A stretch of DNA of 64,000 nt from Xylographa opegraphella (Eukaryota). Each line of letters starts with the position of its first letter. Position 1 is the first letter of the stretch. The stretch spans positions 496,001-560,000 of the forward strand of contig JALDZX010000001.1 in assembly GCA_022813865.1 (NCBI GenBank). The letters run 5' to 3'. Position numbers and translations under genes: made by a program. The notes beneath the pieces were generated by a model, which had not been told where the DNA came from, did not search any database, and worked only from the letters and a program-made list of their open reading frames with translations. Of the stretch, positions 13,057-26,208 are shown piece by piece.

Positions 13057-14104
13057 GTAGGGCAAGTGTCTGGAGTTTATGTGTTTGATTTGCATTTCAC
13101 TGCTTGCTATATACCCTTCCGATAACGATGTTGGAGAAATCTGGGGTAAATGTAGGTTAAGGTCAATAGAGCATGTAGCTGTCATTGAAGGAGCAACCGC
13201 CCCTATGATCAAGTCATAAGGGTTAGTGCTGTGTAAGTGCTCACTTAGCCAGCAACGGATCGAATGGAATGCTGCCAACCGTTATCTGTCTGCGGTAGCA
13301 AGAGCGAACGAATTCCTCCCTGCCATCCGCGCCCTGAATTGAGTTTGTTCCCCTTCACGCAGGGCGCAGATCCGCTATTCTGTATGGTTCTCCTCCGCAT
13401 TCGACGTTAGCCCGTCGACGACCTTTAATGATTGGCTTGCACAAACGCTCGCTTAGAATTTTATGCCGTGGGAACTACTCCGTAAAGCAGCGACGGCAGC
13501 AAAAGCTCCATCTCAACAATGCGTCATCGTGGTGATATTTCCGCAACGCGCAACGCGCAACGCCCGAACGCCCGACGCCCAGGTAGAGCTGTCGGACATC
13601 ATTGTAACGCCAGCAAGACTTCAGCGCAAGTCTGATGTTGGTCACAGACTCATCAGGCATCGTCTCTGGATGCTAGAGCTCGTGATGGCAAATTGTGGAG
13701 AAATTGTGTGTCATAGTCCACGGGTATTACGAAATCCAACTGTTCGTTCACGACGGGCTCAGGTATTATTGGATATTACGAAGCTTATATGTAAATTCAC
13801 TGTTATCACGAGACGAAGCTTTAATTGTTGAAAGCAACACCTTTAGTGAGGCTGTTGACTATTTATTGACACTCCCGCCATCACGGTCTCATAATAAGCT
13901 GCCGTTGCACCCGTAACACAAGCTCTCCTTCCAGACAACGAGCACCATCCTCTTTCATATCATCTTGCAACTGTTTGCACTTAATCTTTGTTTGCCGACG
14001 AACTCTCCTACTTATTTCGTTCTCCTGTATCGAGGTTCAAAGCGAGGGTAAAGCTTCGCAAAACAACTGTCGTGAAGCGTGTTCAAAGTTAGACTGCTTA
14101 CACA

Positions 14105-16190
14105 ATGACAGACGCCACCACGCCCGAGTACAGATACACTATTGCCGACTCTCAGTCATTCACTAATGATCCATCACTGGTGCGATCCCCAGACTACTAT
14201 TGCTCTGCGGCTGCATGCACTATTGCCCGGGACCTAGATACATGCGACAAGCGAGAATCGAAACGTAGAGTCTCACAGGTCCGATCACCTTGTATTATAA
14301 GTGGGCGGGCCTCGCGGACCTTTGTTACGGAGATATTTGATGGTAAGCTTCTTGAAGCCATCTGCTAATACAATCGAAGACAGCGTCTGCATACTAACTT
14401 CACAATCATGAGATTAGGCCTCGCCCAATCATTCTTGGAGTTGCCTCTTCACTATACTTCTTCCAAACAACAGCCGAATCAAAGTATCCATGACTTGACG
14501 TCGACCACGAGAGGTTGTGAATGCTGTTGCCGCTGCGGCAGATCTGGGGATAAGAGATCAGATGGTGCCAAGGTTGTGAGGAAGAGCAGAAGCTATAGTC
14601 CTTTACGCACGAGCATATCAGAGCTTTCAGGATGGACTTCACAGCCAATTTCGACTGCTGGTACAGCAAAGGCCGGACAAATTAAGTCGAGTGGTCCCGG
14701 GGAAGCACCTCTGGAAAGACTACCGGTTGAGATTCTAGGTAGGCTCTTGTTCGAAGTGCATTATTACAGCGATCTAACTGTCGTTATCAGAGAAAATCAT
14801 TGCACAACTTTCTTTGGAAATCCCAGCTCAGGAGTATGCACCCCGGAATGCCGATCTTATAGCTTGTCTTCGTACATCTCGGACTCTATACGGTAGTACT
14901 GTCTCAGTGCTTTATAGCCATGTTACGATTCCCCACTCGCTGATATTCTCTAAATTTTTGGAGCAGCTGGTGGAGTACCCGACTCTGGGCTCCATCGTCA
15001 AACGACTGGATTTGTCCCACTTCACCTCCATAGGCATGGGTCGTACTCGTCAATCAAATCACGAGCTACAAAATATGACCTCGTCTACACTGCTCAAGTG
15101 CCTCAGCCTCACCCCCAATATCCAGGAAGTCCTTCTTCAGGAGCATCTTCATGACGACATTGATGAAGCTGTTCTTCGCAAGCTATTCTTTGGTCTCACG
15201 AATCTTCAAGCCCTCGATTTCTGTGGATCGTCCTCGGGGTCGTTTGTCGATGCATTCTTCGTGTCCCTTGTACCACCCACGATACAGGACAGCACCATGC
15301 TTAGTCTCCGACGGCTCAGTCTGCATGAATGCTTCACTCTACCTAGCTCAGTATACGAGCATCTATTGCCGCGACTTCCTCGCTTGACTCACTTGGATCT
15401 GTTCCATACAAGGGTCAACAACAGGGCATTGATGTCAATACCGGCGACAGCAGGCCTAACGCATTTGAACCTGGGACGCTGTAACCACATCACCGGAACG
15501 GGTGTTGTGGATTTTCTCACTTCGCATTCCGCAACATTAGGTCTTGTCTACCTAAATCTCGCTTGCGATACATCAAGGTATCGACTTCTCTGGGAAGCCG
15601 ACGTGGAAACTATTCTTCGAAATCTGCCATCGACTCTGAAATCACTCAACATGAGTGGGGCTAAGATACTGCCTTCTCATGCCCCGCTTCTGCTACCTTT
15701 GACGAAGCATTTGGAAGAACTTGGTATCGGCTTCACTGAACTGACTATGAAAGAAATAAACTCTCTCTTCATCCCCGAACCGCTTTCTTATGATGAGAAG
15801 GAAGTTCTGGATGTCGAAACCAACTGGATGCCGTCCACGCTACGGTACATTGACCTGAGTGGAATTCCAGCGGTAACGCAATGCTCCCTTTTCAGCAACT
15901 CCTGCGTCTTGCTGTACTCGGTGACTTCCCCGCTGGAGGTCATTGAGCTCGGCGAAAGGGACATTGCAGCTTTGAGCAAGTGTAGTAGCACAAATAAAAA
16001 GCTGGGATGGGTAGCCAAAGGTTTGGGCAGAAGAGGATGGTACGTACGGGAGCCAACCGGAGATAATCAGGTTGGAAGCCGCGGGCGACGAGATTGGAAG
16101 ATGGGAGCGATGTGGTGGGGAATGAGAAAAGTACCGATGGCGTTTGCTGAGGTCGGGGGACTGTACGGGCACTACATGTTCAAAAAGTGA
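14105..16190 (+). CDS. F-box / leucine-rich repeat protein
   Basis: F-box-like 'LERLPVEIL(E)KII' spans intron 14739-14790. LRRs 'LRRLSLHEC', 'LTHLDLFHT', 'LTHLNLGRC'. C-terminus 'WKMGAMWWGMRKVP...GGLYGHYMFKK'. First intron 14279-14383 and start are tentative. Confidence 0.8.
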
Positions 16191-16693
16191 CACCTTTCGG
16201 TTGGAGAGTTGAAAAGCGTGATTCCTTGTGCATTTCAGGTGTTTCACAAAAGCGGGATTCCTTGTCATGGAGCTTACGAGGGCGTGAGTCTCTTCTGTGG
16301 ACGTTTTGTACATAACGAAAGAAATTGATTGCACGCTGATTGCACACTGTTGCGGGCTCTATTTGACTATCCATCGTTTTGCGTCTCAAGTCCGGAGCGA
16401 GGCTACCTCGGCTCGGTACATCGGAGTCCAGCGGCAAATCCCGGAGCCAAGGCGGGCTCGTGGACACGTCAGCCCTAAAACTATTGTGTGAATGTTGCGG
16501 CCTGGGAAGGAAACGGTTTGCTACGTACAGGGACGAAAGAGGACTCCCGACTCGCGCTATTCATTCATCATTCAAAAGCCATACTTACTGTCCTTTTCTT
16601 TCACACCCGCTCGTTTGGAACTGTTCTCTAACTGGACGTCCTGTCTTTTTTATAGGCGACTGCATCTCTTTTATTTGTACTCCGATGCCTTCT

Positions 16694-17874
16694 ATGCACC
16701 TGTCCCAAATCCGAAAATGGTTTATCCAATCCCCACCTGTCGAGTGGGCTATTTACCAGCTCCGCGAGCTGCTAATTGGTGCCTTGCGCCAGGGCCCAGT
16801 TCCCGAGCATGTGGCTTTCGTCATGGATGGCAACAGGCGGTTTGCCAGAAGCCATATGATCGAGACAATCGAAGGTCACAACCTCGGATTTGAAGCTTTG
16901 GCCAGGGTGCGTTTTCAGCCTCTCTACATTGGAATCGGGGGTGAACTCGGAACATGCTGATCAGAGGCGTGACTCAGATCCTTGAAGTATGCTATAAATC
17001 TGGAGTTCGGGTTGTGACCATTTACGCCTTCAGTATTGAGAACTTCAAGCGCTCCCGCTTCGAGGTGGACGCTTTGATGAATCTTGCAAAGCTCAAGCTC
17101 GAGCAACTGTCCCAACACGGCGAGCTTCTCCAGCGGTACGGAGCTTCGATACGAATCCTAGGACAGCGCGAGCTGGTCAAGCCTGATGTGCTGAAGGCGA
17201 TAGACAAAGCGATGGAGCTTACAAAGGACAATGGGGATGCGATACTGAACGTCTGTTTTCCGTACACATCCCGGGACGAGATAACCACGGCGGTGAGAGG
17301 CTGTGTGGAGGACTGGTCGAAACCGTTGGTGGTGGATGTGGCGGCGCTACAGGAGAAGCAGCGAGCGTTTTCGGAAACGCACATCACACATAATATACGG
17401 TCGCGGCATCTGTCCACTAAAGCGGCGAAGATAAGGGCGCATTCGCCATCCTCGACCGAGAACTCCGACGCAGAAGGCTCGCTGACCACAAGCTCGAGCG
17501 CTACTACATTACAACCTTCGACGCCATCGGAACGGCTTTTCCAGAGCACGGAGGGTGGAAAATTAAAAAAAGATCACGAATACCCCGATCCAGAGAGGAT
17601 CACGCAGGCCACCCTCGATGAACATATGTTCACCGCTGGGATGCCCCCCTTGGAGCTGCTGGTTCGGACTTCAGGTGTGGAGAGGCTGAGCGATTTCATG
17701 CTGTGGCAGAGCCATCAGAATACCGAGGTCGTCTTCCTGGACTGTCTGTGGCCGGAATTCGACCTCTGGACCTTCCTGCCAGTTCTGGTGGAGTGGCAGT
17801 GGAGGAGACGGAAGGAGGGAGAGGGAAAGGGTGACAGATTACTGGCGTCAAGCTCGAGTAGGAAGTCTAGGTAG
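16694..17874 (+). CDS. RER2: cis-prenyltransferase / dehydrodolichyl diphosphate synthase
   Basis: 'PEHVAFVMDGNRRFAR', 'VTIYAFSIENFKRS', 'LLVRTSGVERLSDFMLWQ'. Intron 16907-16977. Confidence 0.93.
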
Positions 17875-19148
17875 TCAAGAATGAGGCTATCGAAACAAAT
17901 CTTATTGTCGTTTCGCTGTGAAGCAGGGACGCCCACGCTAATTGTGAACCGTCGGTACGTTTAGCCTACGGTCAAGAGACACGCCCGTTCTGATAGATTC
18001 CCGTCCGGCGCCAGCTTCACCGCATCCCACGTACCATGACATGGCTTCTTCCGGATCGGTTCCTCGGTCGCGCGCAGAAGCATCACTTATGGTTCCGTAG
18101 TCATCCTACGAGTCCCCTTCCATGAATACCTTGCTCCTGGCCAGCCAGTCTCCTTCACCATCTCCCTCGCAGACGTCCCATGACAGTCAAATTCTCACCC
18201 GTAGACGCTCTCGCCAATCTCCAGCATCGACAAATCCTCTAGACCCCACATCCGGCAACAGCAGCTCCCCCCCCCTCAGCTGTTCTATCCCGAGCCCCCA
18301 GCACCAGCAAACCCAGGAGTCAGGACGCTTGCTGCGAGCGACTCTAACAAAGAGTTTCAACGGCCAGCGAGCCCCTCTCCTCCGCGCGTCTGACCGCCGC
18401 CGCTTGAGCCTATACCTATCCCACAGTCCCGGTTATGGTTCCGGCTGCCAGGGAAGCCCTTGCCGCGGCTGTAGGTCACCGGGAGGTAGCAAGGAAGAGC
18501 AGAGGAAAGTCTCTGTTTACTGTCTACATGAAAAACAGGGCGCTGCTAGGTGGGGGTCATCGGACGAGATATCTTATACGCTTTCGAAATGCGTTCACAT
18601 GATCAGATAGATGGCGCCCTCCCCTCCATCCATCCTAGGACGGACGGAGTATCAAGCTCGATGACTAGGCGGGCGCAGAACACGCGTGTGGAGAGACTTG
18701 ACCGGATCTTGGCATGAGAGGCGCAAATATAGCAAAACCGGAACCTCTGCTAAAGCCCCCCAAACATCGCAGCCCCAGCCAGCCTCCATCACGAAATCTG
18801 CATGCCCGGCGCTGCCTACTCGTCCCTTTCCTCGATATAGGTTTGCTCGCCTCGAAAAGGCGGCGCTGATCACCGGTATGAGTTATCCGCCCAAGAACTC
18901 GCCGCTTCGACGACAGCCACGCTCTCACTCTCCCATCGTGATCCCGAGCCGGGAAGACGGGCTGGTGGGTCGGCGGTACGCCCCGGGTAGAGGAGGGGGA
19001 GGGGGAAGGGTTGGAGTTCTACGTGCTGTGGAAGTTGTGTCGTGTTGCTCCCGGACAGAAGGTGGTGGGGGGTAGAGGCAGTGTGGAACGGTGTGCGGGT
19101 GGGATGGCGGTGGGGATTTGGCGCGGTGGCTTGGGTATTCTAGTCTTT

Positions 19149-19168
19149 GATGGATGGATGGATGGATG
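19149..19168 (+). repeat. (GATG)5 microsatellite
   Basis: gatggatggatggatggatg read directly. Confidence 0.9.
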
Positions 19169-20109
19169 ATCTTGGGCCGGGACGTAGGGCGTGTTGGTTG
19201 TGGACGGAGTGGGCTGGGCGAAAGGGGAAATGGGGAGACCTGATGAAGAGGATTTGGAAGGCGAAATATTCGATGCAGCTGCACTGGTTTAAGGCGCCCT
19301 CTTTGAAAGAGATATATTCCTGGGGACCCGGACTAAGTCACTTCATATATAGCGGGATTTGAGGGAAAAGATGGATTCATGTATGGGGTATCTAAAGTCT
19401 ATCACCGTTGTCTTCAAAAAGGCCCTCGTCGTCCATCAGTTTGCGATGTTCCAAAAAAAAATGCACTTATCCAGCCGCTCGTCTCAAAAACTAAATGCCA
19501 CCGGACTGCCAGTCTACGGTGTGCATGCTCTCAAACAAGACCTTTAGACCATTTTCCAAGGTCCCACAAACTCCCAGGCAAACATGACTGCTGGTTCCAA
19601 CATCTTTCCGTCGAACCAATTCCTCGGAACGCAGCAGCTGATGCGCACCTACAGTGCGGAGTAGAAATAACGAGGATCGGTCGTGCGGATAACGGCCGTT
19701 AGCTTTCCGGAGTGACAAAGAGACTCACCACACGTCTCGAATGCGTCATTGGACCACTCGCTGCGAACAGATAATTTCGAGGCATCCAGCTGTTAGGTCG
19801 ATGTGTGGATAACATTGCAGACGGATAGCTCATGGTCTTGACCTCAGTAGATACGCTTGTCCAGCTCTGGAGTCAAGCTTAGCGAGGTCCCAAAATATGA
19901 TGGCCGGAATGGAATTTAGGCCGAGGGGTCTTACCATATATCACTAAAACCACAAGTCCGAGAGGTTTGAGGGTGTTGGACGGCAGGCTGTTGCCTGTCT
20001 AGGGGTGCAAAAGCCATGGATTAGATCTTCATTGCCCCGTTCACCGTATCTTCATTCTGGGTCGGCCACCAAGCCCTCACTCTGTCTTTTTTGCCTTCTG
20101 CCCTTCTGG

Positions 20110-21429
20110 CTAGGGGTCCGGCCCTACTCGCCATGCATCGGTAGCCTTCAATCCCTTCCCTATCAACCCACATCCACCGACATCCCACTTCTTCTCGTAG
20201 ACTCTCCTTCCATTCTGGTTGGTCATCTCGATCGCCTGAGAGAAGCCTTCAACATCATAATAGAATGGCTCCCCCTGACCTCCTTGCTGCATCCCCTGCC
20301 ACGTATTCCGACCCGCCGGGTTAATCTTGTTGTCGTTCTTCCATCGATCCATGTCATCCAACGTTTTCTTGAGAGCATGGAAGCCGTCATCACCGAGATC
20401 GCCGGGGAGCGATATTTTGGCTGTCGAGGAGGAGAAGAGTCCGCGCATAGAAAGTTCCTCGTCATTCAGGTTTTCGGGTTCCTTACTCCGTCGATACAGA
20501 AGGAGGAGATCGTCAAGCGAAGTGCTGAGATCGTAAATGATCCCTACACGCGCATCGTCCATGCGAAAATTCGCCATCGCCAGCCGCTCGTGCATGTCGC
20601 AATCCGATATATAGTAAGAAATGAAGGGATCCCAACCGCCAACGGAAAGGTAAGCTTCTCTGTTTACCAGGGCAAGGTGATCGTAGGCAAAGAAGCGGAT
20701 GGCCCACTGCTTTTCGGCGCTGAACGCCGGAGCTAGGGTCTCTGTGAGCGTGTCAAGGACGCGAGCGTATAAAGATTTGTAGGCACCGGTCTCTGGATCA
20801 ATATAGGTCTCATCCGAAAGAGCCACGGCGTCTTGGTGTCCCCAGAAGTAGTAAGGCCAGTCGTGGTTGATGGCGAGGTGGAGAAAGTAGTTCTGCAACT
20901 GCGCGAAGGTAAGAAGGGTTGGGGTTTCCCATACTGTGACATTATAGACTGCCGTGAGACGGTGATGATTGAGGTAGAAAGGATTTTGAAGCGTGAGAAG
21001 GTTGCGCTTATTCGAATTCTGCGTTCCACTGTTGTCGATGACATAGATCTGAGAGGCCGGCCAGCCGGCAGTCAGGTAGGAAACGACGGTTTGCTGTAAT
21101 AGGTGCCAGTTGCGAGTGAAGGCGATGAGCAGTGGCGTTTGAGGAAGTGGGGCATCTGGTGGTAAAGCATTCCAGGACGGAATCGGAGGCGGTAAGGCGT
21201 GGTCAGCAAGGGGGAAGTTATCCTTTATAGGTGGATGTGCAGAAGGGGAAGGCTTGTAGTGCGGAGTAGGGATTGTCTCTGGCGCTGGTTCTGTAGTGGA
21301 TTGAGAAGCAAGACGAGTGGGAAATACATTTGAGAACTTGATGGACGAGGATAGTAGTGTTATAGCGAGAAGCACGAGAAATGCTACTGCGGAGATAGCG
21401 CAAATCCTCACTTTTGCCTTCGACGGCAT
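20110..21429 (-). CDS. Putative GT-A fold glycosyltransferase, type II membrane protein
   Basis: N-terminal TM anchor and Pro-rich stem. 'PLLIAFTRNWHLLQQTVVSY...IYVIDNSG', 'WGHQD', 'ALVNREAYLSVGGWDPFISYYISDCDMHERL' are GT2-like motifs. Intronless. Confidence 0.7.
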   Translation of the reverse strand: MPSKAKVRICAISAVAFLVLLAITLLSSSIKFSNVFPTRLASQSTTEPAPETIPTPHYKPSPSAHPPIKDNFPLADHALPPPIPSWNALPPDAPLPQTPLLIAFTRNWHLLQQTVVSYLTAGWPASQIYVIDNSGTQNSNKRNLLTLQNPFYLNHHRLTAVYNVTVWETPTLLTFAQLQNYFLHLAINHDWPYYFWGHQDAVALSDETYIDPETGAYKSLYARVLDTLTETLAPAFSAEKQWAIRFFAYDHLALVNREAYLSVGGWDPFISYYISDCDMHERLAMANFRMDDARVGIIYDLSTSLDDLLLLYRRSKEPENLNDEELSMRGLFSSSTAKISLPGDLGDDGFHALKKTLDDMDRWKNDNKINPAGRNTWQGMQQGGQGEPFYYDVEGFSQAIEMTNQNGRRVYEKKWDVGGCGLIGKGLKATDAWRVGPDP

Positions 21430-23428
21430 AACGATATACGCAAAGAGTATCCAACAGGACAATGGTAAAGCTATCAACGTAAATCAATGCGGGAATGGTA
21501 GCGAGATCTGGCAACCAGGTCCAGTCATGTCATCGCCTTTGAAGGCGGAAGGCGCGAGGGTGCAGCCTGTATTATGTGAAGAGAGCGGCAAAAGCAAATG
21601 CAAGGGAAAGCTCAGTCATCAACAAGGAGGAAGGTTCGCACACAGAGGATTTGTGTATCCAGCCTAGACAGGCCGAGTTCTCTGAATGGAAGCACACTCA
21701 TTGGCGACAAGTGTTGGGGCAGGTCAACCACAATCTCACCTGCTGCGCACATCGGAGGATTCAACGTCAGCGTCTCGGACTTGGCATGGTGGTGAGAAAT
21801 CAAGGATGGTGGGAAGCGTGAAGAGCGCATTCGTCCACATCCAAGGATATCCAAGTTTGGTTCGACGCAGTATGTCGGGGGCTGCGACAGGGAGCTGAGC
21901 TGTCATCAAGCGTAGGGATCACCGGTTGGCATGTGGATTGCGGCAAAAGAATGGAAGGTTGGACACTCTCTCATCATGATTGGCAAGGCTGGGACGAGGC
22001 TGCGGTGGAATGTGTCGCAGATGTCAGAAAATGCTCAGGCTTCCTTTTGCCGGGCGCTGTGCATGAAAGGAACGGGCCCTTGCCATGAACTCCCCATTTG
22101 GAGCAAGCGAGCATGGGGTGTCACACATGCTCTCTTATTGGTGGTGAGGCAAGTTGAGTGGTCGGAACGTGGTGGACTTGCAAGCTTCAACAGGACTCAG
22201 TGAAGAACCGATACCGCATCGGACGTAGTGCTGAAGATCACAGCGGACAGCTGGAACACGTCGTCGATGTGAGCACGATGGAGACGCCAGCCACTGCAAA
22301 TATTTAATACTGGATCATATTCATTTATCTGCATTCGTTGATCAGTCTCTCATACGTATATCGTCCAAGGCTTGCCGCGGTCTTGCCCTACTTACTTGTT
22401 TGTTCTGTTCCTATAAATACTTCATTTGTACTGGCTCCGATTTCCTTTCAAGAAGCACAGTGAAATCCGCAGTCTTGAAGTCCATAGATGGCCATCGCTC
22501 TTCCTATTCTCCCCCGCGAAGCATTGGCCTCTCAAAATCATCGTGTCTTCCTTGAAACATGGGTCAAAGCCACTACAGCCGGTCATCCCATGACTTTCCG
22601 CTCGGAATATGCTACGAGTGAAGATGCACTTTGACCGCGATCCAGAGTTCATGCCGGTGATTCCCGCATCATGGCTGCAGTCTGGCATTGGTCCGGAGAC
22701 TGGTCAACTCAATCCGGGCGGCGGAGATGTTCGTCGACTCACACTCCCCAGACAGAGACTTTACGACATAAGCTTGGTCAGTGGGGGACAAGGCCATTTG
22801 GGGACCAATCATCACTGTTGTCAAAGCGACTGGAAAGCAGTGGAGCGGGAATATAGGCCTATTTGCCTTGTCGCTGAACATGATGCTGGCTTAGTGGGCT
22901 TCCCAAAGTACAAGCTTGACCTACCGCCGCCGTATCGTGGGCTCTTGGGTACTGACAGAACACATTTTGGTCCTACGCTGAGGGATGGTTGTGAGAAGAA
23001 GGCAGAGCAATTTGTTGGGGATGATAATACTGGGGAGTCTCCCAGCTATATACGTCACCAACCCGAATCATGATTTCAATTGCTCAAGAAGCATATTATA
23101 CAGCAAATAGAGTTTATCACTCGATGTGCAAGGCATGAATAATCACACCATATTTTAGTGTATCGCAAGCCGAACTTATAAGATATATAATTATAATTGA
23201 GTAAACTGTAGATGGACCACAATACTTGTCCTAAATCAGACAGCCATATAACCAACTTGCTGGAGACGCGCGACGGCGCTTACAAACCGAGAACAAAACC
23301 CAAGTATTCAGTTCTGAACGATCCAACAAGTTATATCCTACCTCGCATCGGGCTGCTAGAGCCAAGTCATGGATACAGTTGCGCTTAAGATTGTCCATCA
23401 AGTTCGGGAAAGACAGTCAGCATTGCTT

Positions 23429-25516
23429 CTACGTAACTGTTGCTTGACCGGGGGTCTTGCCACTCTCCTTCACTAATTCAAGCATCCAGCCACCATTCCT
23501 CTGCATCAATTGAACATTCAACTTCCGGGCTTTTTGGTCCATTAGGGAGAGTTGTGACACGCGCTCAAGCTCACTCAGATACTGCGGTGAGAGGCCATGA
23601 AACAATAGCGGCAATGGAGACGCTTTCCACGTCTCCATGCCGCCCTTCTTTGTCTGCCGAATGGTCGTGGACAAGAAGACAAGGGTGATCATGAGGAGGA
23701 GGCCAGGAAAGATGAGCCAGTACCATACCACCTGGATGTAGGTGCCTGGGCGCAATGCGTTACCGATGGTGGTGTTCATGTACTCGGTTTGACGCAGTGC
23801 GGCACTGATGCTCTGTGTGATGTTTGCCATGATTTCTGGTAGGTTGCTCAAGTCGACGTTATCGGGTGCGTTCGGATCCTTGAAAGTACCATAGCCTGCC
23901 AGCGCCTCCAGGACTGGCGAATAGATCGGTGCGTCCTGGATGATCTCGTTGGAGAATGTCGACGAAAGGAAATGTTGCAGGACAGAATAGGTATATGTTC
24001 CGATGGAGAATACTGGATTGTCAACTGTATTGGAATCGTCTTCGTCATGTGGTATGACAAGCGAATACATGGGCTGGTCTTGGTAGATGAACCCAGGCGT
24101 GGAATTTAAGGAGCTACTGTCCCAGGTTTGAGCGACGGTCTCTGTAATAATGCCATCGGTGACGGAGAGTTGATATTGGTTGACACACATGAAGATGGAA
24201 CATTCGTATGCTTGGTTGACAGACAAGGCCGTGAAGTTAATCATATTATGGGGCGGTCCGAAGGGCACGCTTGGCCAGTAGTTGGTGGAGGCCACGAATT
24301 CATCAACGCCGGAGCCATTGAAGTTTTGCGAAGGATCCTCAAAGTCTCGGTTATTGTACAGCTCCAAGCCATTTGGAAGGCGACACTTTACTCCCTTGTC
24401 ATTCGGTCCCGGAGTATTGACCAGTTGTATTTGGTGGCTGATGTTCTGGCATTGGCTGCACAGAGCAAGTGAAGTATACGGCAGGTTCCATGTGCAATTA
24501 CCTGTTGAACATGAGACGCTCGATTGGAGTGGAGATCCGAATGCTCCAGCGTACAGAGCCCAGACGATTTGGATGTCAAGCAGCGGAGCTATATAGGACA
24601 TGGCCATTGGTCGACCCGAAGTTATTGTCGCATTGTAAGTCTGCAATCGAGTCGTGGTAGCGTCTCCAACCCGTAATGCCAGCACTTCAAGGTTGACCGC
24701 GTTTTGCACAAAAAAGTCTATTCCGAGAGTGAAGATTGTGACAAGAGCCTCCAGCGAAGCTACACTCCTTTAAGACCATACACGTTAGAATTCAATATCA
24801 AACGTGGGCAAGTCCTCCCACATAGCTTTGTGACTCCAAAGGAAGGACACGGCTTCCTTCGGGTCCTGACTAGCAGAGTCGAACTTCCCTAAACCGTCCA
24901 GGGTTCTCTTCTCTCGGAACCATAACCACTTACACTGGCCCATGGCCCCTGCAATAGGATAGATCATGCCGGCTTTCGAAATTGTATTGAGTCCAGAGAT
25001 CCAAGAATTGATGTGCAATCCGTAGAACTTGGTAGACGATGGATAACCATTGTAGATATGGAGAAGCACAAACATACCAATCGTAGCCGCGAGACTGATC
25101 CATAATGCTATCCACTCGATGATCCAAAGATCTTCCTTGCATTCCAAAATGCACGTGTACACTAACTTGTACATGAACTTACAGACGGCAGCTGATGGAA
25201 GGGATCACGGCGAAAAATCATCATCAGTGGTCGAGGTGTAGTCCGGTTTGCAGTTACGATACGGCGATTCAGGAGTGACTGTGGTGTCGGATTGGTCCTT
25301 TTGAGCATCAACATCTCTGTCAGCCGAAGACAGGAAATCATTCCCGTGATCAGTTGGCGGAAAGAGGGCACCATGAACGGAATAGCGAAATACCGGGGGA
25401 CTATCCGTGCTATTGGCGTTAGGGGTGGCTCTCGTTAGGTATGCTGGATCGTTCGATGACAGAAGATCCTCTGCACTGCTTTCTCTGTTGGTAAGATGTT
25501 CATAACGGGTCGCCAT
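23429..25516 (-). CDS. DUF3176-type multi-TM membrane protein (possibly interrupted by an in-frame TGA)
   Basis: 'INSWISGLNTISKAGMIYPIAGAMGQCKWLWF...LGKFDSASQ', intron 24768-24821, 'CSTGNCTW...YTSLALCSQC', 'YIQVVWYWLIFP', 'WKASPLPLLFHGL'. In-frame TGA at 25205-25207. Confidence 0.75.
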
Positions 25517-26208
25517 TTGGGTATGTTCGATTATCGTTATCTCTAGATTCAGTGTAATCTAAACGAACATACTCTTCCACCAATGATAAGAGAGTCGCAA
25601 ATGCTCTTTGAAGCACCGGGTTTGAGGGTTAAACGTTCTCTCGAAGTGGTCCTGCAGTCAGTTCTTGTTAGGTATATATGTCGAAGAGTATAAATTAATT
25701 CAGTCAAAAAAATGGTGAGTGCATCTGGACTGGGTACTTTATCATCTCAGACGTGAGCTAAAAAATATATCCCGCATGAAATATGCAGTTTAGGAGCAGA
25801 TTGTATCAGAATGTAACACAATACGGAACAGAGATGGAAAGTAGTGCACAACGCCTCGATCACAGAACCTACATGCACCTTCCCACGTTGTCACACGATA
25901 GTCAACACCACTTTGCGATGTACTTCCTCATATATAGCCGAATGAACAAGCAAAAAGAGCCTCATAATATGATACAAGAACATGTTTCTGGGCCACGTAG
26001 TCATCAGGATGCCAAGCAGTATAATCCAAAAAACACATATATCCCGTTGATCAACGGTCAGAATTATCAAGCTTTCGAGTAGAGCACAAATAATGGGAAG
26101 ACGCGGATAAGCTGTTGGTAACAATGTAGGATTTCGAGTACAGCACGGTTAATATGTACAGGGAGTTCAACGCCAATCAGGCTTGAAGCCTTGCTTTCTT
26201 AGCTTCGT

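Noticed and set aside
18500..18580. GAGGAAAGTC (RNase P/MRP CR-I-like) and the minus-strand CTGTTTTTC (telomerase pseudoknot-like) motif
   Set aside because: I found no matching CR-V/P4 partner, no template sequence and no A-rich triplex strand.
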